Shown piece after piece: positions 40,129-49,603 of a stretch of DNA of 64,000 nucleotides (the first letter of the stretch is position 1; each line of letters begins with the position of its first letter). Under the pieces are notes generated by a model that was given only the letters and a program-made list of their open reading frames with translations, did not search any database and had not been told where the DNA came from. This DNA comes from an uncultured delta proteobacterium (GTDB lineage Bacteria; Myxococcota_A; Polyangia; Palsa-1104), in contig CAWFMP010000002.1 in assembly GCA_963816965.1 (NCBI GenBank), positions 109,558-173,557 of the forward strand. The letters are read 5' to 3'. The translations under genes were made by a program, and so were the position numbers.

Positions 40129-40668
40129 ATGAGAATGATCAGCAGAGTCGCGCTGGCGCTGTCCTTGTTCCTGTGCGGTTGTGTCACCGTGCGCTCGAGC
40201 ACCAGCCCGGGGGCGAACCTCTCCCAATATCGGACGTTCGGCTGGTTCGAGCCGGCCACGGTCAGCCAGCGACAGCTCGCGTTCGAGCGGTCGCCGGCCG
40301 GTGCGGTCGTCCGCCAGCAGATCGCGAGCGATCTGCAGGCCAAGGGACTCCAGGAGACGCAGCAGAATCCCGATATCCTGGTCTCCTATCACAGCAAGCT
40401 GCAGAACAAGATCAACGTCACCGATTGGGGGTATGGCGGCTTCTGGTGGGGCGGCCCCGGCGGCGTCAGCGTCGACGAGTACACGCAGGGGACCCTGTTC
40501 GTCGACCTAATCAATCCACAGACGAAACAGGTCGTGTGGCGCGGAACGGCGAGCGCGGTGGTCAACGATCCCTACACGCCGAACGAGAAGAAGCTGGCCA
40601 GCGCCGTCCACAAGGTGATGGAGCGCTATCCTGTCGAGATGGCGGCGGTGCCGCGGCCGGCGATGTGA
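40129..40668 (+). CDS. DUF4136-like lipoprotein
   Basis: AAGGAG SD. Lipobox LSLFLCGC. GTLFVDLINPQTKQVVWRGTA is typical of DUF4136. The start could also be 40123. Confidence 0.65.
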   Translation: MRMISRVALALSLFLCGCVTVRSSTSPGANLSQYRTFGWFEPATVSQRQLAFERSPAGAVVRQQIASDLQAKGLQETQQNPDILVSYHSKLQNKINVTDWGYGGFWWGGPGGVSVDEYTQGTLFVDLINPQTKQVVWRGTASAVVNDPYTPNEKKLASAVHKVMERYPVEMAAVPRPAM

Positions 40669-40696
40669 GCCTCCAGCCGCGAACAATGGTGACGAG

Positions 40697-41608
40697 GTGT
40701 CCGCTCTAATGGGAGGTCACGCCGCGCTCGGGAGTACGCTCGCGCACGCGCTCGCCGCGGGCTACCTCGTCACCATGATGTTCTCGATGGGGCTGGAGCT
40801 CGGCGGCCGCCCCAAGGGGCCGAAGCAGGAGAAGCGGCACGAGCGCCGACTGCTCCTGCGTGGCCTGGCGTTCAACCTGCTGCTCTTGCCGCTGGTCGCG
40901 TTCACCTTGTCGCGGCTCTTGCATGCGGGCGATGAAGTCGAGACCGCGTTCCTGATCCTGGCGGCAGCGCCGGGCGGGCGCTACGCGCCGATGCTGGCGC
41001 GGCTCGCCCGCGCCGAGCTGTCGCTGTCGGTCGAGATCACGCTGTTCCTGGCCAAGCTCACCGCGTTCACCGCGCCACCGACGTTGCAGCTCCTTTTGCA
41101 GACGCACCACGTCGACCTCCCCGAGCTGCGGCTCATCGCGCAGCTGGCGGTGTTGCAGATGCTTCCGCTCTTCGCCGGCAAGATGATTCGCCGCCATCGC
41201 CCCGCCTTCGCCGCACGCCTCGATCGCCCGGTGCGCGCGCTGTCGCTGGTGTGCGTGGCTCTGATCGTGATCTTCCTCGTCATCCACCGCGAGATCCGCA
41301 GCGTCCTGTTCATCGGCGTGCGCGGCTGGCTGGCGGCGCTGTCGTTTGCGGCCGCGGCGCTGGGGATCGGCTGGCTGCTCGGCGGGCGCTCGGAGGAGGC
41401 GCGCCGCAGCATGGCGCTGAGCGGCAACTCGCGCGACGTGGCGCTCGCGCTCATGGTGGCGTCGCTGGTGTTCAGCGGCGGCGTGCAGCTGGCCGTGTTC
41501 GGCGAATGGATGGTCTTTCTCGCCTTCAACTTGATCTTCGCCGCCCTGGTCGGCCGACGAACGCAAGGCCTCGGGGCGGGGGTCGCCCTGCCGCGAGCCC
41601 CGGCCTGA
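40697..41608 (+). CDS. Bile acid:sodium symporter (BASS/SBF)-like family transporter
   Basis: About 8-9 TM helices. LILAAAPGGRYAPMLARLARAELSLSV resembles the SBF signature. The start is GTG 40697 or ATG 40709. Confidence 0.6.
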   Translation: MSALMGGHAALGSTLAHALAAGYLVTMMFSMGLELGGRPKGPKQEKRHERRLLLRGLAFNLLLLPLVAFTLSRLLHAGDEVETAFLILAAAPGGRYAPMLARLARAELSLSVEITLFLAKLTAFTAPPTLQLLLQTHHVDLPELRLIAQLAVLQMLPLFAGKMIRRHRPAFAARLDRPVRALSLVCVALIVIFLVIHREIRSVLFIGVRGWLAALSFAAAALGIGWLLGGRSEEARRSMALSGNSRDVALALMVASLVFSGGVQLAVFGEWMVFLAFNLIFAALVGRRTQGLGAGVALPRAPA

Positions 41609-42402
41609 TGAGCCCGACGCTGCGCTTCCATCTGATCGAGCTCGTCGTCTTCGCGCTCGGGGTCCTGGCGCTGATGCTCGCCGTCGAGCTCGGCTATCGC
41701 AGCGGGGCGCGCCACGCCGCCGACATGGACGACCCTGGCCGCACCGTGCAGACCACCATCGAGACCGCGATCGTCGGCGTGCTCGCGCTGCTCCTGGGCT
41801 TCACCTTCTCGATGGCGATGACGCGCTACGAAACGCGGCGGCGGCTCGTCATCGACGAATCGAACGCCATCGGCACCGCCGCCCTCCGCGCCCGCATGCT
41901 GCCCGCACCGCACGCCACCGCGGCGCACGCGCTGCTGCTCCGCTACGTCGACGCGCGCATCGCCTTCGGCCGGGCCACCGGCGATTCGGCACGCCAGCGC
42001 GCGCTCGCGATGGTGACCGACCGGCTGCAAGAACATCTGTGGGCGCACGCCGCCGGCGCCGCCGCGCTCGATTCGCGCTCGGTGCCGACGGGGCTGTTCA
42101 TCAGCGCGCTGAACGACGTCATCGATCTCAGGGCCAAGCGAATCTTCGAGATCGCGGCGCACGTGCCCAAGAGCATCATCCGGGTGCTGATCTTCGTCGC
42201 GCTCGTCTCCTGCGCGCTCCTGGGCAAGATCTGCGGGCTGGCGCGCCGGCGCCAGCTGGTGGCGACGACGCTGGTGGCGATGGTGGTCACGGCGGTGACG
42301 GTGCTGATCATCGACCTCGACCGGCCCGAGGGCGGCCTCATCCAGGTCAGCCAGCAGTGCCTGATCGATCTGCGCGCCAGCCTCGCCGCGCCGGCGCCGT
42401 GA
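41608..42402 (+). CDS. DUF4239-like membrane protein
   Basis: ATG overlaps the upstream stop (TGATG). N- and C-terminal TM helices flank a helical domain with FSMAMTRYETRRRLVIDESNAIGTA. Confidence 0.55.
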   Translation: MSPTLRFHLIELVVFALGVLALMLAVELGYRSGARHAADMDDPGRTVQTTIETAIVGVLALLLGFTFSMAMTRYETRRRLVIDESNAIGTAALRARMLPAPHATAAHALLLRYVDARIAFGRATGDSARQRALAMVTDRLQEHLWAHAAGAAALDSRSVPTGLFISALNDVIDLRAKRIFEIAAHVPKSIIRVLIFVALVSCALLGKICGLARRRQLVATTLVAMVVTAVTVLIIDLDRPEGGLIQVSQQCLIDLRASLAAPAP

Positions 42403-42521
42403 CGCTCCGCGTCGCGCAACTTCCTGCTCGCGAGAATTTCCGCGGAACGTCACCCAACCCGAAAGAACCTTCTTGCGCGGCCGTCGAGCGTGCGTAGACC
42501 GGCTCCTACCGAGGAGGGCCG

Positions 42522-43031
42522 ATGCGCGCCAGCCGGATAGAGATGATGCACGATCACGTTCGCGCGATCCATCGCGCGCTGACCGGTGGCGATCCGCCGG
42601 CCGCGCCCAACGCAGAGCCGGGCGCGGCGCCGACGCCCGAGACGGTGACACGGCAGTTCGCCGAGCTGGAAGCGCTGGCGCGCGCGATCCCGCGCATCGC
42701 CGAGCGGGTCCCGCCGTTCTCGTTTGCGCCGCCGCTCGATCTCATCGACACCGAGCGCGACATCATCGTCGAGCTCGGCGTGCCGGGGGTCGAACGCGAC
42801 GATGTCGAGGTCGAGCTCGGCGAAGAGGCGCTGGTCGTCTCGGGCGCGCGCTCGACGGGCGCGGCGCTCGACGGGCGGATCTACCTGCACGCCGAGATGC
42901 CCAGAGGCCCCTTCCGCCGCGAAGTCCGGTTGCCGAGCCCGACCAGCGGGCGCCCCCGTGTCGAAGTGGAGAGTGGCGTGGTGCGCGTGCGCCTCGCCAA
43001 GCCGTCGAAGTCTTCGCTGCCGCAAGCGTAA
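42522..43031 (+). CDS. Hsp20/alpha-crystallin family small heat-shock protein
   Basis: Alpha-crystallin domain: PPLDLIDTERDIIVELGVPGVERDDVEVELGEEALVVSGAR ... FRREVRLP ... VESGVVRVRLAK. Confidence 0.85.
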   Translation: MRASRIEMMHDHVRAIHRALTGGDPPAAPNAEPGAAPTPETVTRQFAELEALARAIPRIAERVPPFSFAPPLDLIDTERDIIVELGVPGVERDDVEVELGEEALVVSGARSTGAALDGRIYLHAEMPRGPFRREVRLPSPTSGRPRVEVESGVVRVRLAKPSKSSLPQA

Positions 43032-43075
43032 ACGAGGCAGCACAAACCCCGAGGTCCGGATCAGAGGAGGACGAA

Positions 43076-44488
43076 ATGGAGACCGAATCGTTCGAAGGCA
43101 GTGAATTGTTCCGACTGGACGACGCCATCCGGAACACGATGGAGGCGATTCGCCGCGCGTCACCGCTCCTCGGCGGCTGGAGCGGAGGATTCGCCGGCCA
43201 GCAGCAAGGCTACTTCCCGCAGCAGCAGCGGGAGCCGAGCGGCGAGCACGTGGCCGAAATGATTCGCGAGCGCGTCTCCGACAGCGTGCGCGAGCGCGTG
43301 CTCGAGAGCGTGCATCGGCAGCTGCGCCACGCGGTGCGTGAGCGCGTCGCCGAGGCGCTGCGCGAGCACCTGCGTCGGGCGTTGCGGGACGATCTCTCGC
43401 AGGCGGGGATGCAGCCCGGCGCGGGGATCGAGCAGGTGGCCGAGCGCGTGCGCGAGCGCGTGGCGAGCCAGGTACGCGACCGGGTCATCGAGGGCATCCG
43501 CGAGCGCGCCTCCGAGGCGGTGCGCGAGCACCTCGGTGAGGTGCTGCGTGAGCGGCTGGGCGAGGCGCTGCGCAGCGCCATCAGCGGTGGTCAGCTCGGG
43601 CCGCAGTTCATGGGTCCGGCCAGCGAGCTGTTGGTCCAGGCGCTGCGCGAGCGGGTGGCCACGGGGCTGCGCGAGCGCATCGCCGACAACCTGCGCGAGC
43701 GCTTCGGCGAGGAGCTGCGCGAGCGCATCGGCACCATCTTGCGCGACCGCATCGGCGAGGCGCTGAAGCGCTCGCTGTCCGAAGGCCAGCCGATGTTGCA
43801 GATGCTGAACGCCCCCGGTGGCGATCTCTTGATCCTGACGCTGGTCGAGAGCATCTCCTATCACGTGGCCTACCGCGCCGGCGACGAGATCGTGGAGCTG
43901 GTCGAGGAGACGCTGCGTCACAAGCTCAAGCACGCGTTGCGCGAGCACTTCGGGCAGGAGCTGCGCGAGCGGCTGGGCGAGATCCTGCGCGGCGCGAACG
44001 CGATGGGCGGCGGCGGATTCGGCGCGCAGCAGCAGGGGTTCGGCATGCGGCAGATGCCGGGCGGGTTCGACGGTGAGGCCATCGTCTCCACCATCCGCGA
44101 GCAGATCGCGTCCGCGGTGCAGGGACGCGTGAGCGAGGCGGTCCGCGAGCGCGTGGTCCAGACCGTGCGCGAGCAGGTGGGTGACGCGATCCGGCAGCAC
44201 CTCACGGAGGCCGTGCGCTCGGCGATCTCGCAGAGCCCGATGGCGCAGCAGCTCGCGTCGGCGGGCTTCGACGCCGATCGGATCGCCGACGCGCTGCGCG
44301 AGCGGGTCACCGAGACGCTGCGCGAGCGCGTGGGCCAGAAGCTGCAGGAGCGCGTGGGCGAGACGATCCGCGAGCGCATCGGCGAGGCGGTGCGGGAGCG
44401 CGCAACCGACGCGATCCGCACGGCGCTGTCACAGGCGTCGATGGCTGCCGGCCCCGGCGGCCAGCAGCCGACCGCGCGCTGGTTCTGA
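43076..44488 (+). CDS. Repeat protein built from 8-residue [VLI]RER[VIL]xxx units (four blocks), unknown function
   Basis: AGGAGG SD precedes ATG 43076. Example: VRERVLES VHRQLRHA VRERVAEA LREHLRRA ... LRERVTET LRERVGQK LQERVGET IRERIGEA VRERATDA. The blocks are separated by Gly/Gln/Met-rich linkers. Confidence 0.7.
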   Translation: METESFEGSELFRLDDAIRNTMEAIRRASPLLGGWSGGFAGQQQGYFPQQQREPSGEHVAEMIRERVSDSVRERVLESVHRQLRHAVRERVAEALREHLRRALRDDLSQAGMQPGAGIEQVAERVRERVASQVRDRVIEGIRERASEAVREHLGEVLRERLGEALRSAISGGQLGPQFMGPASELLVQALRERVATGLRERIADNLRERFGEELRERIGTILRDRIGEALKRSLSEGQPMLQMLNAPGGDLLILTLVESISYHVAYRAGDEIVELVEETLRHKLKHALREHFGQELRERLGEILRGANAMGGGGFGAQQQGFGMRQMPGGFDGEAIVSTIREQIASAVQGRVSEAVRERVVQTVREQVGDAIRQHLTEAVRSAISQSPMAQQLASAGFDADRIADALRERVTETLRERVGQKLQERVGETIRERIGEAVRERATDAIRTALSQASMAAGPGGQQPTARWF

Positions 44489-44566
44489 CGCTCGGGGTCT
44501 GCCTCCTCCTCCGCCGAGCGCACCTCCGTTTGCCCGCGGCTGCGCGCGAAATTTCCTACCTGACCA

Positions 44567-44607
44567 CTCCTGGCTCGACCTAGCTTCACGAGGGAACGAG
44601 CCAGGAG
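44567..44607 (+). promoter_or_regulatory. 11-bp perfect stem (CTCCTGGCTCG / CGAGCCAGGAG) whose 3' arm covers most of the Shine-Dalgarno of the next gene
   Basis: The arms are at 44567-44577 and 44597-44607. AGGAGG lies at 44603-44608 and the TTG start at 44615. Confidence 0.35.
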
Positions 44608-44614
44608 GATTCCT

Positions 44615-45169
44615 TTGCGCAAAGCTCTATTGATGATCGTGACGTTCGCGACGATGACGGCGTCGACGGCGTGGGCCCAGCTGGCTGCGCCGGGCACGGG
44701 AGCGGCGGCCGGAATCCCGGGGTCCCCGGGGATATCGGCGCTGCCGCCGTCGTCGGTGGCGCCGCTACCCTCGTCGTCGCTGACACCGTTGCCGCAGCCG
44801 TCGGTGGCGCCGTTGCCGCAGTCGTCGGTGGCGCCGTTGCCGCAGTCGGCGTTGGCCCCGCTGCCACTGGGCTCGACGGTGGCACCGACGGGATCGACGC
44901 CGTTCGGCACGTCGAACATGCCACCTTCGACACTGGGCTCGCCCACCATCGGCACGACTCCGCCCAACAACCTGCAGCTGCCGGCGACTACCTCGTCCTC
45001 GGCCTACCAGAACGGGCTACCGCTCAGCTCCGTCAGCCCGCCTCCTTCGATGACGACGCCAACCCCGCCGCCGGCGGCGCCGCCAACGGCCAATACGCTC
45101 GGCGGCGTGACCGTCCAGCCGGGCAACCCGAACCCGACGATCGGCGGCCTGCCCACTACGACGCCATAG
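44615..45169 (+). CDS. Secreted Pro/Ser/Thr-rich repeat protein
   Basis: TTG start with a strong SD. Signal peptide MRKALLMIVTFATMTASTAWA. Repeats of the form SVAPLPQ. Confidence 0.6.
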   Translation: MRKALLMIVTFATMTASTAWAQLAAPGTGAAAGIPGSPGISALPPSSVAPLPSSSLTPLPQPSVAPLPQSSVAPLPQSALAPLPLGSTVAPTGSTPFGTSNMPPSTLGSPTIGTTPPNNLQLPATTSSSAYQNGLPLSSVSPPPSMTTPTPPPAAPPTANTLGGVTVQPGNPNPTIGGLPTTTP

Positions 45170-45242
45170 ACCCGGCCGCTCCAGCAGATAGGGTGTGGCG
45201 TCCGCCGGTGGCGGCGCATCTTTGCATCACGGAGACGGACCC

Positions 45243-46625
45243 ATGAACGGAGAGCACGCACCCGCCCGGATCCTCGCCATCGACGACTCCGAGGACATGC
45301 GCGACTACTACGAGGCCGAGCTCGAGCTCGCCGGCTATTCGGTAGTGGTCGCGGCCGACGGGAAAGAGGGCCTCGATTTGGCACGCGAGCTCCGGCCCGA
45401 CCTCATCATCACCGACGTCTCGATGCCGGAGATGGACGGTCTCGAGCTGCTCGTCCGCTTGCGCAGCGATCTGACGCCACCCTTGCCGCCGATCATCGTC
45501 TGCTCCGGGTTCGACATGACCGCGAGCACGGCGCTCCGCCTGGGCGCGTTTCGCTTTCTGCCGAAGCCGCTCGATCGCGCCAAGCTGCTCGCCGTCATCT
45601 CGCTGGCGCTGCAGGGCGCCGGCGCTTCCGAGGAGACGGTGGAGCAGGAGAAGGAGCGGATCCACCAGGCGCGCAAGCGCGCGTCGGCGGCAGCGAAGGC
45701 GGCGTTGCAGGCCGTCGACTTCGGTGCCCCGGACGTGGCGACCGGTCTCCGAGGCTTCGCCGATTGGATCGCCGATTACTACGGCTTCGGCGCCACCGCC
45801 ATCACCTTCGTCGACGGCGGCGATCTGCGCGTCCGCGCGGTCAGCCGGGGCAGCTCCATCGCGACGGGGACCGTGTTCGACGGCCGCGCGCTCTACTCCA
45901 GCGGAGTGCTCGCGTCGGGCGCCTCGCTCGTCATCTCCGACGCGGCGGCCTACCCGTTCGCCGGTGAGCGCGCGCGGCAGTTCGGGATCCGCTCGTTCGT
46001 GGGCGTGCCGCTGGCGTCGAACGGCATTCCCGTGGGAACCATCTGCCTGTTCGACGCCGTGCCCCGGATCTTCGGCGCCGAGGATCTCTCGATCCTGGAG
46101 GAGGTCGGGCGCGGGGCGCTGTCGAGCGCGAACGCGCTGCCGGGCGCCGTCGACCGCATCGGGCTCTTCACGGCGGGCACCTTCTCGCGCCTGCTCGCCG
46201 CCGAGCTGCTGTTGCATCGCCGGCACGGCGGCAGTCTCGACCTGGTGCTCGTCGAGCACGCTCCCGTTGCCGACATCGACCGGATCCTGGGCGCGGCCCA
46301 TGGCGCCGTCTCGCGGCAGCGGTTCGGCGTCTCCCGTCGCGGCGTGGACACGCTGGCGCTCTTCAAGCGCGACCCCACGCCCACCGGTGCATCGCGCACG
46401 CTCGGCGACGCGCTGGTCGCGCTCGGCCGGGTCGCGCCGGTGCGCGCCGCAGGCTGGATCAGCCTCGGCGACCACCTGCCCTCCCCGTCGGCGCCGGATC
46501 TATTCGAGCTGGCGCGCGGCGCGTTCGAGCAGGCGCGCGCCAGCGGCGCCGGCACCATCGAGCGCTTCGAGCTCCGGCGCCAGCCGTGGCGGGGCGTCGC
46601 TCACGAGGTCGGCGCGCGGGGGTGA
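45243..46625 (+). CDS. Response regulator: REC - GAF - degenerate GGDEF-like domain
   Basis: REC: ILAIDDSEDMRD...DLIITDVSMPEMDG...KP. GAF-like middle region. The C-terminal domain has the GGDEF fold pattern but RRGVDTLAL in place of the GG(D/E)EF site. Confidence 0.75.
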   Translation: MNGEHAPARILAIDDSEDMRDYYEAELELAGYSVVVAADGKEGLDLARELRPDLIITDVSMPEMDGLELLVRLRSDLTPPLPPIIVCSGFDMTASTALRLGAFRFLPKPLDRAKLLAVISLALQGAGASEETVEQEKERIHQARKRASAAAKAALQAVDFGAPDVATGLRGFADWIADYYGFGATAITFVDGGDLRVRAVSRGSSIATGTVFDGRALYSSGVLASGASLVISDAAAYPFAGERARQFGIRSFVGVPLASNGIPVGTICLFDAVPRIFGAEDLSILEEVGRGALSSANALPGAVDRIGLFTAGTFSRLLAAELLLHRRHGGSLDLVLVEHAPVADIDRILGAAHGAVSRQRFGVSRRGVDTLALFKRDPTPTGASRTLGDALVALGRVAPVRAAGWISLGDHLPSPSAPDLFELARGAFEQARASGAGTIERFELRRQPWRGVAHEVGARG

Positions 46626-46655
46626 GCTTGGGGGGATACGGGCGGCGGGGCGGGG

Positions 46656-47096
46656 CTACTTGCCCTGAGGATTGACGACGAAGTCGGGCAACGCGATCGG
46701 CTTGCCGTCGAGGACAAAGCCGTGCGTGAACAGCAACGAGACCTGCAGCGGCACCTTGCCGATGACGTACTCGACCCACAGTGGCTGGCTGCCGCCCGGT
46801 AGGACGGTCGACGGCTTGGCCTGCCCGGCGAAGACGCTGCGCGCGCGCGAGAGCACCCGGCCGTCGGGCAGCTTGGCCTGGAGCTGCTCCTTGTCGAAGA
46901 TGAGCACCTTGTCGGTGCCGTTGATGACGCGCAGCTTGAACCAGATCTTGTCGCCCTTGAGCCAGACCTTCTCGGGCGTGACCGTGATCTTCTCGTGCTC
47001 GTACGGAGCAGCGGCGTAGCTGATCTCGCCGGCGAACGCGAAGCTGGACGCGGCGAGAACGAGCGCAATCACGACGGATGACTTGAATCGGCTCAT
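46656..47096 (-). CDS. Small secreted protein (146 aa)
   Basis: Signal peptide MSRFKSSVVIALVLAASSFAFA. Composition is beta-rich. The rest of the 417-aa ORF-track entry upstream is Arg-rich and non-coding. Confidence 0.6.
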   Translation of the reverse strand: MSRFKSSVVIALVLAASSFAFAGEISYAAAPYEHEKITVTPEKVWLKGDKIWFKLRVINGTDKVLIFDKEQLQAKLPDGRVLSRARSVFAGQAKPSTVLPGGSQPLWVEYVIGKVPLQVSLLFTHGFVLDGKPIALPDFVVNPQGK

Positions 47097-47174
47097 CGGA
47101 CCCCCTGTGGTGTTTTCGTTCCGAGGATGATCGCCGGACGGGAAAAAGAAGCAATATCGCGTAAGCTGGAAGGG

Positions 47175-47945
47175 ATGCACGTCGTCGCCATCCTCGAGCT
47201 CGCCGGGACGATCGACGGTGCGGCGGCGGTGCTGGCCGGCGCGCTGGGGACGCTCGCCTACGAGGAGCGCCTGAAGCTGGCGGTAGGCCTGCCGTCCGTG
47301 GTCCTGTTGACGCCGGACGCGGCGCGCGCCGCGGCGCTGGTCGAGGCGCTGCGCGCGCACGGGCATGGCGCCGTGGCCTGCCCGGCTTCGGCCGTGGTGG
47401 CGGGAAGCGAAATGATCTCGCTGCGCCGCTTCGCGTTCGACGAGGACGCGCTGGTGGCCACCGACCGCGGCGAGCGCCTGCCCTGGCACGACCTGGCGGC
47501 GCTCATCCGCGCCACCGATCGACGCACCGTCGAGAGCGCGACCGTGGTCAAGGAGAAGAAGTTCGACCTGGCGCGCACCGTGATCAGCGGCGGGCTCGTG
47601 CGCTCGCGAACGACCCAGCGCGAGGTGACCACGCGCAACGACGACAACGAGCCGGTGCTCTACCTGTTTCGCGCCAGCGGCGCGACGCCGTGGATCCTGC
47701 GCGAGCAGGGGACGCACTACGAAGGGCTGGGCGCCCGGCTGGCGAGCACTGCGGCGCCGAACTTCGCAGCGACGGTGGCGGAGCTGCGCGCGCGCGCGCC
47801 CGAGGCCCGCTACGACGAGCGGCTCGTCACGCGGCGGCGACCGACGACCCCGGCGCGGGTGGGCGGCGGCAAGCTGACGTCGCTGCACGATCTCGATCTG
47901 CTGGCGCACTTCGTCGCGCAGTCGCTGGCGGCGGTGCGCCGCTGA
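47175..47945 (+). CDS. Hypothetical protein
   Basis: ATG 47175. Coding-like composition. No family recognised. Confidence 0.5.
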   Translation: MHVVAILELAGTIDGAAAVLAGALGTLAYEERLKLAVGLPSVVLLTPDAARAAALVEALRAHGHGAVACPASAVVAGSEMISLRRFAFDEDALVATDRGERLPWHDLAALIRATDRRTVESATVVKEKKFDLARTVISGGLVRSRTTQREVTTRNDDNEPVLYLFRASGATPWILREQGTHYEGLGARLASTAAPNFAATVAELRARAPEARYDERLVTRRRPTTPARVGGGKLTSLHDLDLLAHFVAQSLAAVRR

Positions 47946-47974
47946 CGGGCGCCACTCTTGGTACAGTAGGCGCC

Positions 47975-48343
47975 ATGACCAACATCGAGCTCACCGAAGA
48001 CAAGCTGCTGCTCACGGTCCGCGGCTTCGACGTCATCCTCGCCTTGAAGAAGCATCTCGAGGTGGCGCTCGCCCACGTCAAGGGCGCCGAAGTGGGCGTG
48101 GCGCCCGCGGCGCGCGAACGACTCAAATCGTCGCTGCGCCTGCCCGGAACCTACCTTCCGGGGATCATCACCGCCGGCAGCTATCGCGAGGACGGCCGCT
48201 GGATGTTCTGGGACGTCCACTCAGGCGAGCAGGCGATCACGATCTGGATCGAGCATGAGCGCTACGACGCGATCATCGTCGACGTCGACGAACCGGCGGC
48301 GGCGGTCGAGAAGATCCGCGCGCGGCTCGGCGAGTCGAAGTAG
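47975..48343 (+). CDS. Small hypothetical protein (possibly bacterial PH-like)
   Basis: 122 aa starting at ATG 47975, with a beta-strand-rich pattern followed by a C-terminal helix. The family call is tentative. Confidence 0.5.
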   Translation: MTNIELTEDKLLLTVRGFDVILALKKHLEVALAHVKGAEVGVAPAARERLKSSLRLPGTYLPGIITAGSYREDGRWMFWDVHSGEQAITIWIEHERYDAIIVDVDEPAAAVEKIRARLGESK

Positions 48344-48347
48344 CGCC

Positions 48348-49502
48348 TCAGCGCGACCAGGCCCAGCCGGCGGCGGCGAACAGCCCCCAGCTGCCGGCGG
48401 CGGTTCCCGGGCGCACCGTCGGTGACCAACCGCCGCGCAGGTCGAGCTGCCACACGCCGACGCGCGCGTCGACGAAGGCGCCGACGCCGGCCAGCACGCC
48501 CGCGCCGCCCGCCCCGGTGCGCCGCGGATCGTCGAGCACGACGCCGTCGGCGACAACGCCGACCTCGTGATCGCGCCAGACGCGCACGTGCAGCGAGGCG
48601 TCGAGGGCCGCGAGCTTGCCCGCCAGGTACCCGGCCCAGGGCGCCCCCGCCAGCGGCACGCTGTAGGGATTGAGCCCGCCCACGCGCAGCCGCACCAGGT
48701 CGTCCTCGTTCCACATCCACGCCGCCGCCTCGTCGAGCTGCAGGCGCACGCGCGGGTGCAGCGCCACTCCGGCGCGCAGCCACTGCCGCACCATGAAGAT
48801 GCTGCGACCGGGAGCGTTGCGCGGATCGCCGGGGACGAACGAGCTGTCGCGCGCGCCCCACGGCGCCGCCTGGGAGCGCTCGTCGAGGCCGGCCTCGACC
48901 CCGAGCGCCACGCCGCGCAGGCGCGGGTGCAGCCGCTGCGGCTGGTACAGCGACGGATCGGGGCGCAGCATCCACAGCGTGTAGCGCAGCCGCAGCTCGC
49001 CCACCCACGCATCGGGCGGAAGCGTCAGCACGGGGCTGGTGTCGCCGGCGCGCGTGAAGAGCCAGCGACGGGCGGCGGCGGCGAGCTCGAAGAAGTGCGG
49101 CCCGAAGCTCGCCTTGGCGTAGGCGCCGGCGAAGGCGTAGCTGGCGTAGAAGCCACGGCTCGGATCGTTGCGGCCGTCGCGGTAATAGTCGGACAACAGG
49201 CCCGCGATCAGGACCTCGCCGGCGGCGACGAAGCCGATCTCGACGGGGCCGAGGCGCAGCCGGTCGTACGAGAGGCGGAGCGTGTCGGTGTTCAGCTCCG
49301 CGGAGAAGTGCGACTGCCGCGGCAAACCGTCCAGATCGTAGCGCAGAAGAGCGAAGCCGTGGCCGCCGACCGCGGGGCTGCCGGTCAGCTCGCCACCGGC
49401 GGCGACGGCGATCGCGTGGTGCAGCTCGGCGGCGGCGGCAGGGAAGGCGACGGCGGCGAGCAAAAGGAGGGCGGCGATCGAGCGGGCGGCGGCGGGCAGC
49501 AT
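48348..49502 (-). CDS. Putative outer-membrane beta-barrel protein
   Basis: Signal peptide MLPAAARSIAALLLLAAVAFPAAAA. Alternating aromatic/Gly-rich strands. The C-terminus ..GLFAAAGWAWSR is aromatic-rich. Confidence 0.55.
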   Translation of the reverse strand: MLPAAARSIAALLLLAAVAFPAAAAELHHAIAVAAGGELTGSPAVGGHGFALLRYDLDGLPRQSHFSAELNTDTLRLSYDRLRLGPVEIGFVAAGEVLIAGLLSDYYRDGRNDPSRGFYASYAFAGAYAKASFGPHFFELAAAARRWLFTRAGDTSPVLTLPPDAWVGELRLRYTLWMLRPDPSLYQPQRLHPRLRGVALGVEAGLDERSQAAPWGARDSSFVPGDPRNAPGRSIFMVRQWLRAGVALHPRVRLQLDEAAAWMWNEDDLVRLRVGGLNPYSVPLAGAPWAGYLAGKLAALDASLHVRVWRDHEVGVVADGVVLDDPRRTGAGGAGVLAGVGAFVDARVGVWQLDLRGGWSPTVRPGTAAGSWGLFAAAGWAWSR

Positions 49503-49603
49503 CGACGTCCCACGCTGAGCCAATGCCGCGCTCGCCGCAACTGCGATCGGCGATCGCTCCCGACGCTCGAGGGCCTGATGCACTCTAGTCTAACCTTAGA
49601 CTA

